NCBI GenBank assembly: GCA_029210325.1
Contig: JARGPU010000007.1
Coordinates: 32,439-96,438 of the forward strand
DNA length: 64,000 nt
Source of the DNA: Alcanivoracaceae bacterium
Lineage (GTDB): Bacteria > Pseudomonadota > Gammaproteobacteria > Pseudomonadales > Alcanivoracaceae
Direction: 5' to 3'
Numbering within the stretch: position 1 is the stretch's first letter; the number at the start of each line of letters is the position of its first letter. The notes below the pieces were generated by a model. The model made no database searches. It was given only the letters and a program-made list of their open reading frames with translations, and had not been told where the DNA came from. The translations under genes and the position numbers were made by a program. Positions 28,093-37,372 of this stretch are shown in pieces.

Positions 28093-28827
28093 ATGGACGA
28101 GCGCCTGCGTCAGCGATATCTCAAGCAGATGGGCTTTACTCCCTGGGTGGCGGCGGTGCCGTTGCCGGGGGCGGCACCTTCGCCGCTGCTCGACATGGAG
28201 CCGCTGCCGGAGGTCAAGCCGCTGCCTGATATGGATCAGGAATCGCCAGCCGCGCAGCAGGGCATGCCTGAGCAGGTGGCAGCGCTACTGAAAACCGACG
28301 ACAAAGCCAAGCTGGCCGAGCCGCCGGTTCAGGCTTCTGCTGCTAACACTACCCCCGCTATTAGCCAGCCCGCTGCTGCGCCTTCGCTGATGTTTACCCT
28401 GCAAGTCCATCGTGGCGCCCAGATACATCTGTGGGCCGAGCAACAGCAAGCTGATGCCCCGGGTCTTAACCGGGAAGAGCTGCAGCAGCTGGCGGCCCTG
28501 CTGAAACTGTTTGGTGGCACGGTGGCCAGTGATGCGAAGCGGTTCTTCTGTGCCCCCACCGCAGGCAAGCCGATGACCGCCGAGACTGTTCGGCCCATGT
28601 TTGATGCTTTCTTGAAAGGTCTGCTTGGTCGTCAGGGTGAAATAAAACTGCTGCTATGCGCCCGGGAAGAAACGGTGCAGGCGCTATTTAATAGTCCCCG
28701 TTACGAGCCAGTGGTGCGTGGCCAGATCACCCTGTTGCCCGTCAGCAGCCTGACAGAAATGCTGGCCGATCCGGCAGCCCATAAAGTGCCCAGCTGGAAG
28801 GCAATGCAAACCCACGGCTTTGTATGA
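28093..28827 (+). CDS. holD: possible long-form DNA polymerase III psi subunit (HolD-like)
   Basis: The N-terminus RQRYLKQMGFTPWV resembles E. coli psi (RRDWQLQQLGITQW). It sits directly upstream of rimI with a 4-nt overlap, as holD does in E. coli. A Pro/Ala-rich insert makes it longer, as reported for pseudomonad psi (from memory). Confidence 0.4.
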   Translation: MDERLRQRYLKQMGFTPWVAAVPLPGAAPSPLLDMEPLPEVKPLPDMDQESPAAQQGMPEQVAALLKTDDKAKLAEPPVQASAANTTPAISQPAAAPSLMFTLQVHRGAQIHLWAEQQQADAPGLNREELQQLAALLKLFGGTVASDAKRFFCAPTAGKPMTAETVRPMFDAFLKGLLGRQGEIKLLLCAREETVQALFNSPRYEPVVRGQITLLPVSSLTEMLADPAAHKVPSWKAMQTHGFV

Positions 28828-29288
28828 CCGCTCTGCACGCCGGCTTTCAACTGCGCAGTATGGGTGAGGATGACTTGCCCGCAGTGGTGGCCATCGAAGA
28901 TGCCACCCAGCCCACCCCCTGGACCGAGCAGGTGTTCCGGGACTGTTTTAACTCCCACTATGACTGCCGGGTAATTGCGCGCGATGGCGACATTGCCGGC
29001 TTTGCCGTGCTGTCCTCGGTGTTGGATGAAGTACACCTTTTGAATATCGCCGTAGCCCCGGCCATGCAACGCCGCGGGCTGGCCTGGGCGGCGCTGCGGG
29101 AACTTATTGCCGATTATCAGCAGCGCAGCATGGGGTATATCTATCTGGAAGTGCGCGCCAGCAATCAGGGTGCCCGGCAGCTGTACCAGCGGCTTGGTTT
29201 TCAGCTTAACGGTGAGCGAAAAAACTATTACCGCACCACGGATGGCCGAGAAAATGCCATCCTCATGAGCCTTGCATTGCAGCAGTGA
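28824..29288 (+). CDS. rimI: ribosomal-protein-alanine N-acetyltransferase
   Basis: GNAT fold motif A (IAVAPAMQRRGLAWAALRELI). RimI size and holD-rimI-prfC neighbourhood. Confidence 0.85.
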   Translation: MTALHAGFQLRSMGEDDLPAVVAIEDATQPTPWTEQVFRDCFNSHYDCRVIARDGDIAGFAVLSSVLDEVHLLNIAVAPAMQRRGLAWAALRELIADYQQRSMGYIYLEVRASNQGARQLYQRLGFQLNGERKNYYRTTDGRENAILMSLALQQ

Positions 29289-29430
29289 TGTTCAGGCAGT
29301 CTGGATGCGGTTTTGTCAGGCGCCGGGCAGGGATTTCAGTGGTGGCCGGCATGATGATAGCGCGCGCCTACATCCGCTGAGGTGATCCTGTATACTGCCG
29401 CCCTTTATTGCCGACCCCCTTTTGAGTGCC

Positions 29431-31008
<1,578 letters not shown>

Positions 31009-31018
31009 AGCGACAACA

Positions 31019-31668
31019 TCAGCCCGGCCTGTCCACCGGGCTGATTACTCCCAGCCCACCCCGATTCATGACATGCAGATAGCGCTGTGTGGTGCTGACA
31101 TCAGCGTGGCCAAGCAGCTCCTGCACCGTGCGGATATCGTAGCCGGCCTCCAGAAGGCGAGTGGCGAACGAGTGGCGGAAAGTATGTGGGCCACACAGCT
31201 TCTTGATGCCGCACTCCACCGCAGCGCCTCGGATACCCGTAGCCCACAGCCATACATAATTTCCGCCATCAGCCGGTACGGATCATGAAGTTGCTCGAAG
31301 ATAGCTCTGGCTTCAGCATCTGTGAACACAACAGGCACACGTGGTCGCCGCTTAGCCGGGCGGAATGACAGATCAGGAAAATCTACCCGGAGGAACTTCC
31401 TGTAGAAGCAGTTCAGCGCGTTCAAGGCTACCTTTTGAGTGCCAACACTGCAGAAGCGATCCACAGAAAGGTGGGTCAGAAACGCCTCAATCTCAGGTGT
31501 GCTCATCTCCTTCGGGTGGCGAAGCTTATGGAAGCGGATATAGGCCACTAGCCAGTGAAGATAGGTCTGCTCGGTCTTGTAGCGATAATTATTCTGGCGC
31601 AGCCAAAGACGGAACTGATCCGTCAGTCGAGTGGGCTGGGGTTTGACGGGTACGGGGATATCGTCCAT
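31019..31668 (-). pseudogene. intI: integron integrase remnant (internal deletion plus frame change)
   Basis: The N-terminal ~150 aa (YRYKTEQTYLHWLVAYIRFHKLRHPKEM ... [11 protein letters not shown]) and the C-terminal 66 aa ([42 protein letters not shown], box II with catalytic Tyr) lie in different frames, joined near 31215. The roughly 110-120 aa that lie between these blocks in intact IntI, including the IntI-specific insertion, are missing. Confidence 0.8.
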
Positions 31669-31985
31669 CGGGGCTCTCCTGTTGAGGAACCCCAGAAGAG
31701 TGCTGCTAATTCCAGGCTGGGAACAACGGCCACCGACTTATTGCTCTGTAAGAGCTTGGCTCCTCATATAACTTACTGAATTATATTGGGTTATGGATGG
31801 CGCGCCGCCGAGGCTCCGTGGAATCCGGCCATAGCGCCCAGGCCTCCGGCCGGATTCCACCGTGTAAGACATTGGCTATATCGGTGTAATACCTTGATCG
31901 GGTTAAAATTCACACTTGGTGATAAGTAGGTCGCCCCAGAATTATGTCGCAGTCGAGCTATATCGACGCTTCGAATGAATAAACT

Positions 31986-31992
31986 GTTAGGC
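31986..31992 (+). other. GTTAGGC core recombination site (attI/first-cassette junction)
   Basis: Exact GTTRRRY core, located divergently ~320 nt from the intI start and immediately before the first cassette ORF. Confidence 0.45.
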
Positions 31993-31998
31993 ATCTCA

Positions 31999-32331
31999 AT
32001 GAACCTAGATGAGCTAGTAAACTCTGTACCTGAAAACGATTTGAGAGAGAATCTCTCGCGCTGGGTCGAAGAGTGGAAGCAAGATGGCAAAGATATTGGG
32101 GCGCTTGCTAGTCTAATTGGTAAATGGCATGGAAATGTTTGGTTCCAAGAAACGGATGCTTCAAACAAGTTTCACACTGAATTCCAAAATTTTAAAAGTG
32201 CCGCAATAGACAGTATTGGCGGCTTAACATTAAACGAACGGTTGTACTGGTTTGGGCTTTTTGAGGCATGGGAAAGCGGCAATGAAACTACACAAAATCG
32301 GTTGCGTAGCAAACTCCGTGCAAATGCCTAA
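31999..32331 (+). CDS. integron cassette ORF 1, unknown function
   Basis: AT-rich ORF between the GTTAGGC core and an attC-like site. Start is ATG 31999 (inside the cassette) or 31975 (spanning the junction). No family recognised. Confidence 0.4.
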   Translation: MNLDELVNSVPENDLRENLSRWVEEWKQDGKDIGALASLIGKWHGNVWFQETDASNKFHTEFQNFKSAAIDSIGGLTLNERLYWFGLFEAWESGNETTQNRLRSKLRANA

Positions 32332-32406
32332 CAAGGCGCTGTTGTCGCAGCCTTCGGCTGCTGGGACGGCCTGCTGCGCAGTCCGCCTCAAAGCTTGGCG
32401 TTATGT
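32326..32406 (+). other. attC-like site 1
   Basis: Begins GCCTAAC-AAGGCG and ends GGCGTTATGT (RYYYAAC ... GTTRRRY-like ends, one mismatch). Internal hairpin gcagcc-ttcg-ggctgc. About 81 nt. Confidence 0.45.
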
Positions 32407-32425
32407 TTCTTAGACGGAGAAGCCA

Positions 32426-32833
32426 ATGGAATTGGCAGGTCTAATTATATCGGTTATTGCAAACGCCTTTCTTTTCTACCAATGGCGTGATGCCAAGAAC
32501 ACGACCGTCCTTGAGATGCAGAAGGACGTTCTAGACATGATCATGTCGATACGCAGTACAGCCTACGCAAATTTCGTTGCATTGACCTACTTCCTCGAGG
32601 GTTTCGGTGAGAAGCTTGAACCACAGAAGCAAGAGAAGCTTTCGGGCACTGCAAAGAAGATGCAGGAGTACTGCGGGATTGTTGACGAGATGTATGACGA
32701 GATAAAAAATGATCCGAAGCCCAACCGCGAGGACTTAATGGAGCAAAGAGCTAGAGTCTCGAAGCTTATCTCGGAGGCCCAGGACGTTAAACTAATCATC
32801 GATGAGGCGCGGCGCCATCATGAGAGGACATAA
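32426..32833 (+). CDS. integron cassette ORF 2, N-terminal TM helix plus charged helical domain, unknown function
   Basis: MELAGLIISVIANAFLFYQW TM helix followed by a Lys/Glu-rich helical region. Bounded by attC-like sites. Confidence 0.45.
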   Translation: MELAGLIISVIANAFLFYQWRDAKNTTVLEMQKDVLDMIMSIRSTAYANFVALTYFLEGFGEKLEPQKQEKLSGTAKKMQEYCGIVDEMYDEIKNDPKPNREDLMEQRARVSKLISEAQDVKLIIDEARRHHERT

Positions 32834-32906
32834 CAAGGCAAAGCAGGCAGGGACTGTAGTTCCCCCGATTTAGTGGACACCTTCTCCTAACCGAGGAGGT
32901 GTAGAA

Positions 32907-33281
32907 ATGCCGAAGTACAACAATCCGAGAAAGACCTGGCGGTACGCGGACGAGTTCAAGATCCGTGCTGTCGAGATGAGCTATCAGGAAGGGATTCAGA
33001 TCCAGCAGGTTGCCGAGGGACTGGGCATTCACCCCTTTATGCTGTCGCGCTGGCGCAAAGAGTATCGGGACGGCAAGATCAGGTCTGACGGCCGCACGCG
33101 TGTGTCAGTTATGAAGAATCCCAAAACCCCCAGTGATGCCGAACTGAGCCAGATGGCCCGGCTGAAGCGGGAGAACGAACGCCTCAAAAAGGAGAACGAT
33201 CTCCTAAAAAAGTGGCAACGGTATCTGGCGGATCAACATCAGAGCGATTTGGATTCATCCAAGTCCACGGACGAGAACTAG
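32907..33281 (+). CDS. IS3 transposase OrfA (HTH)
   Basis: HTH region (IQQVAEGLGIHPFMLSRWRKEY) and leucine-zipper-like C-terminus (LKRENERLKKENDLLKK). Confidence 0.85.
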   Translation: MPKYNNPRKTWRYADEFKIRAVEMSYQEGIQIQQVAEGLGIHPFMLSRWRKEYRDGKIRSDGRTRVSVMKNPKTPSDAELSQMARLKRENERLKKENDLLKKWQRYLADQHQSDLDSSKSTDEN

Positions 33282-34099
33282 GCGTCAGATACCTATGTAC
33301 ATGGCTCGGGGTTTCCCGGAGTGGCTACTATGCGTGGCTAAAGCGCCCCGCGAGCGCGAGAGCGCTTGAAGATCGCTGGCTGTCCCGGCGTATTGATCGG
33401 GCTCATCAGAAAAGCGATGGGCGCTACGGCAGCCCCCGGGTGCATAAAGTATTGGCCCGGCAAGGTATCCGGGTCGGCGAGAAACGTGTGGAGCGTATTA
33501 TGCGGGATGCAGGCCTGGTGGGTCGGGCGGCAACGCTGTACCGGAGGATTCCCGGCCTGGAGAAGTTCTTTGCCCGCCATCAGAACCTGAGGGTGGATGC
33601 CGGTCCTCCGACGGCAGTGGATCAACAGTGGGTCGCGGACCTGACCTATATCAGGGTCGCCAGAGAGTGGCGCTATCTGGCCACGGTAATGGATGTGTAC
33701 TCGAGAAAGATCGTGGGTTGGTCTCTGGGCAAGAACAAGACAGCAGAGCTGACGTTGCGCGCCCTGAAGCAGGCATTAAAGGTCAGGGTGCCGAAGTCCG
33801 GCATGATCTTCCATTCAGATCGCGGCTCCGAGTATGGCGCATACATACTGCAGAATGAGCTTGAGCGTCACGGCATTCGTTGTAGTATGAATCGACCCGG
33901 CCGTTGCACTGACAATGGACACATGGAGTCATTCTTCCACAGCCTGAAGGCGGAGCTAATCCACGGAGAGGAGTTTAGAAATGAAACGGAGCTACGATTG
34001 GCACTATCCGGATACATCAACCAATTTTACAACCGAAGCAGGCTGCACTCGGCGTTGGGCTATCTGAGCCCGATGGAATTCGAGAGAATGGCTTCGTGA
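33212..34099 (+). CDS. IS3 transposase OrfB (DDE), expressed as OrfAB by -1 frameshift
   Basis: DDE triad context WVADLTY ... FHSDRGSEY ... TDNGHMESF. The frame is -1 relative to orfA from the A6G site. Confidence 0.85.
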   Translation: MATVSGGSTSERFGFIQVHGRELGVRYLCTWLGVSRSGYYAWLKRPASARALEDRWLSRRIDRAHQKSDGRYGSPRVHKVLARQGIRVGEKRVERIMRDAGLVGRAATLYRRIPGLEKFFARHQNLRVDAGPPTAVDQQWVADLTYIRVAREWRYLATVMDVYSRKIVGWSLGKNKTAELTLRALKQALKVRVPKSGMIFHSDRGSEYGAYILQNELERHGIRCSMNRPGRCTDNGHMESFFHSLKAELIHGEEFRNETELRLALSGYINQFYNRSRLHSALGYLSPMEFERMAS

Positions 34100-34305
34100 A
34101 ATGAAGCGTGTCCATTTTATCGGGGGAAGATCACCCTTCGGGCCCGGACGCACTTAGTGTGCCGCCGTGCAGGTCGTTATGTTTCTAGCAACTATCTCGA
34201 TCGCATCTCGTTCAAGGTATTAGTTTTTCTAGATGAGATCATATTGGGCTAGATATCAAATATGCTGTTTAAAGAGTATTCGAAAAGTAAAAACGGGGAT
34301 TCAGC

Positions 34306-34437
34306 ATGGACACAGCGTTACTTGGTGGAGTTGTAGCTGTCGGCATCGCCATATTGGTTGTGGTTATTTCTTCAAGTTCTAGAAAGAAGTCACATTATCA
34401 GCCAGATAAGAACCACGACAGTGAAGCCGAAACATAA
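34306..34437 (+). CDS. possible cassette ORF 3, 43-aa single-TM peptide
   Basis: MDTALLGGVVAVGIAILVVVISSSSRKKSHYQPDKNHDSEAET read directly from the sequence (too short for the ORF track). Lies between attC-like sites 2 and 3. Confidence 0.25.
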   Translation: MDTALLGGVVAVGIAILVVVISSSSRKKSHYQPDKNHDSEAET

Positions 34438-34497
34438 CGAGCAGCTCAATCAAGGACAAACTGCTGTGCAGTTTGCCCGTTAACAAGGGCGTTAAGT
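34432..34497 (+). other. attC-like site 3 (last in array)
   Basis: Starts ACATAACGAGC and ends GGCGTTAAGT (GTTAAGT fits GTTRRRY). About 66 nt. Ends 54 nt before the stop of the convergent GMC oxidoreductase gene. Confidence 0.4.
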
Positions 34498-34550
34498 CCC
34501 CCAGCCTTTTTCCATTCTGGTAGAGCGCCGCCAATAGCGGTGTAATTTTT

Positions 34551-36107
34551 TTATGCCCCCAGCGCGGCCTTGATATGGTCAGCAGCACGATAACTAAAGG
34601 CCATAATCGTCAAGCTCGGGTCCAGCGCGCTGCTGGTTGGGAAAACGGAACTATCGGAAACAAACAAGTTGGCGTAGCCATGCACCTTGTGCGTGTAGTC
34701 CACAACGCTGTTCTGGTCGTCGACTCCCATTCTGCAGCCACCACCAGGGTGGGGTGATGCCAGGAACAAACCGCCTGAAGTAAATGTTATATCATCCAGT
34801 TTTTTGATGTCGGCCATGCTTGCAAGACGAATGCCCTGAAGGCCCGCGACAATTATTTCTTTCGCGCCTGCGGAAAACTGTACTTCAGCCTGTTTTGACA
34901 AGGCACTTTTCATGACTTTCTGTGTTTTCGGCCCGTACTCATAATGAACAACACGATTGCCGTTGCCATCGATTCTGATTTCCCCCAATTCATCGGGAAG
35001 GTCATCCAGCCAGCTAACGGTGCCACCCAGGTGAGGTAGTTTCTCCATGATCTGCGCATGATCATCACTGAATCCGGGCAGTGAGGCCGCTAGCGCGCCG
35101 GGATGCATTTGGTTGGCCATTATGAGAAAGCCGCCCTCCGTATAGCTGCCATTTCTGTAGCGCCGCTCTACAAATTCATCGACGCAATAAGCAGCCGGGA
35201 TGTTTCTCCAAAGGGTGATGGGCCTATCGTAAATACCATGAACAACGGTGGATGGGTTCATCGAGAAATATTTCCCTAATGCAGGTAATTTTTCCTGCAA
35301 ACCTTGCTTCATCAGGAAGTAGGAACTGTTAAATCCGCCGGCGGCGACTACAAAATGCTTGGCCTTAACGGTCAGTTCAATATTGCTTGGACGATTAGTT
35401 CTTCGATCTATCATTTGCACTTGCAATGATTCAGCCTGGTTTCCCTTAAACTCCAGCCTGCCAGCCTTCGCATCCGCAATGACTCTGGCGCCTTGTTTAA
35501 TGGCTGTCGGGATATGGGTCACCATTTGACTTTGCTTGGCATCGTAAAGGCAGCCCTGCATGCAATGGCCAGATTTGACACAGTGCTTTCGCGCTTGCGG
35601 CACATGATGTCCATGCCAGCCAATCGTCTGCGAGGCAGATCTGAGTAGCTGGTTCATGGTATTAAAGTACTCTTCGGTGGCCGGGTGGATATTGAGATCT
35701 CTTTCAATCGCCGAAAACGCTGGCTCCAGATCCTTCAGTTGATGGCCAGAAACGCCATATTCCAGCTCCCATTCATCAAGCTTGAATTGTGGTGTGCGAT
35801 AACTGTCCGCCCAGTAATGCACAGAGGCGCCACCCAAATTCTGCCCGTAGGCGAGGATGTTTCCATTGTCATGACTGGTAGAAAGGTTTCGTTCGGCAGT
35901 AATCTTTCCTGCCATGTTTAATTCGTTCTGATCCATGTCTCTGGCAGGGTAGTAGCCACCCTGCTCAAGCAGAATGACATCGATACCAAAGTCGGTGAGT
36001 CGTTTTGCCAGCGTGGCCCCGCCACAGCCAGAGCCAATAATACAGACCTGGGTGTGTAAGGTTTGGCTCTCTGGAAAGTCTGTGTATTCTAGAATGCCGT
36101 CTCTCAT
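34551..36107 (-). CDS. GMC-family FAD-dependent oxidoreductase
   Basis: VCIIGSGCGGATLAKRL FAD-binding GxGxxG and C-terminal GMC region (GGCRMG ... NLFVSDSSVFPTSS). 518 aa. Confidence 0.85.
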   Translation of the reverse strand: MRDGILEYTDFPESQTLHTQVCIIGSGCGGATLAKRLTDFGIDVILLEQGGYYPARDMDQNELNMAGKITAERNLSTSHDNGNILAYGQNLGGASVHYWADSYRTPQFKLDEWELEYGVSGHQLKDLEPAFSAIERDLNIHPATEEYFNTMNQLLRSASQTIGWHGHHVPQARKHCVKSGHCMQGCLYDAKQSQMVTHIPTAIKQGARVIADAKAGRLEFKGNQAESLQVQMIDRRTNRPSNIELTVKAKHFVVAAGGFNSSYFLMKQGLQEKLPALGKYFSMNPSTVVHGIYDRPITLWRNIPAAYCVDEFVERRYRNGSYTEGGFLIMANQMHPGALAASLPGFSDDHAQIMEKLPHLGGTVSWLDDLPDELGEIRIDGNGNRVVHYEYGPKTQKVMKSALSKQAEVQFSAGAKEIIVAGLQGIRLASMADIKKLDDITFTSGGLFLASPHPGGGCRMGVDDQNSVVDYTHKVHGYANLFVSDSSVFPTSSALDPSLTIMAFSYRAADHIKAALGA

Positions 36108-36691
36108 GCGCTTTTACCCTTTACTTTTTCGGCATAATATCGCCGCTGCTCGCTCATCAATGGTGTCATTTTGGAAAATGAGCCGTCGTAACCAATATCT
36201 TGCCAACTTGTTTCCAGCCCATAGTAGATATACATGGGAAGTGACCGGCAGTTATGGATAACGGCTCTCACGATGTCATTGCGGGTGTTTTTAGTAGTGG
36301 ATAAGAACTGCTGTCTTTCACTGAGCCCAAGCGTGCTGAATCGGGAAAACTCGCCGAGTACGGTGGGCAGGAATTCAAGGACATCCAGGGCCAAGCAGAA
36401 GTCTTCTCGTATTTTTTTATCAACGAAATAAAGCTCTTCATCGATCCTCGCCATAACCTGAAGATGTAACGGCTCATCGGCAGCCTTTGCCTGTGGCAAA
36501 ATCGCCTGAATCATGGCCAGCAGGGTTTCGGCATTACTCTTCTTGAGAACCAGAAGCCTTCCATGTTTGCCGGCGTCATAAACTTCCGACCGGCCACCAA
36601 CAAACACAAACGTGGCAGCGGACCCAAGCGCCACAGCGCCCAATGCTGCAAGTTTCAACAGCGTGCGCCTTGGTAGGGGTTGTAACTGCAT
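36104..36691 (-). CDS. Tat-signal small subunit (gluconate 2-dehydrogenase subunit-3-like) partner of the GMC oxidoreductase
   Basis: Twin-arginine-type leader (LPRRTLLKLAALGAVALGSA). 4-nt overlap with the GMC gene. This pairing is typical of membrane-associated flavoprotein dehydrogenases. Confidence 0.6.
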   Translation of the reverse strand: MQLQPLPRRTLLKLAALGAVALGSAATFVFVGGRSEVYDAGKHGRLLVLKKSNAETLLAMIQAILPQAKAADEPLHLQVMARIDEELYFVDKKIREDFCLALDVLEFLPTVLGEFSRFSTLGLSERQQFLSTTKNTRNDIVRAVIHNCRSLPMYIYYGLETSWQDIGYDGSFSKMTPLMSEQRRYYAEKVKGKSA

Positions 36692-37372
36692 GGTCTGATT
36701 CTCACCTGTAGTTGAGTTATGGCTTTCATATTACGCGTACGCGTACGAAAAGGTCAATAGAATAGCCTATGTCCCTGATTCTATGAGATATTTTCATAAA
36801 AGTGGGGCGCAAACATGTGGGGCCAGGTCTTTCATGTTTCGCGAAGGGCCGTGATGGCACGCCTTTCAGAGGTAGGGCGGACATGGCCGTGATCGCTCGG
36901 AGTACCATATTTACGTTGGAAAGACCGGGGGTAATCGAAAGAGTTGCAATCCCGTCATTTCCAGAGCAGGAAATCACTTCTCGTACAACGATATTCACTC
37001 CCAGATTAGAAACAAGCTAAAGCATTGGCCTCCAGAGTACGCTTAGGAATACCTATATATTAATTTTGACCAGTATTCTGATGATGAGCAGGAGCGCTTA
37101 GCTAGAGTTGAGGTGATCAACGAGATGGAGCGTGTAGTAAATGTAGCGATACAGAAGGCCTTTCCCGATGCGAAAGAGGGCTGTCTTCTCAACCCATTCA
37201 AAGGTAATGGATACGTTAAGTATCGGAAAAGGTTAGACGTGAAGGCCTCAGAATTAGCGCGCTCATTGCTCCATAAAACAGTCTGGATATGCCACTCTTT
37301 TTGAAATTCATTGCTGTGATCTGTAGGGTAAGAAAGCCTTGGTTTCAAATTTAGTAGACTGGTTTTCTTTCT

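Larger units (their letters stand above)
32855..34133 (+). mobile_element. IS3-family insertion sequence
   Basis: Imperfect terminal inverted repeats TGTAGTTCCCCCGATTTAGTGGACAC (left) and TGATCTTCCCCCGATAAAATGGACAC (reverse complement of the right end), with TG...CA termini. orfA/orfB overlap with an A AAA AAG slippery site at 33206-33212. Confidence 0.88.
32828..34182 (+). other. attC-like site 2, split by the IS3-family insertion
   Basis: The 5' part ACATAACAAGGCAAAGCAGGCAGGGAC (32828-32854) and the 3' part CCCTTCGGGCCC...GGTCGTTATGT (34134-34182) together make ~76 nt. Their ends are like those of attC 1. Confidence 0.45.

Noticed and set aside
34379-34588. 69-aa minus-strand ORF spanning the last attC-like site and the GMC gene end
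   Set aside because: It overlaps the GMC stop region and an attC-like element, has no RBS, and its composition is implausible.
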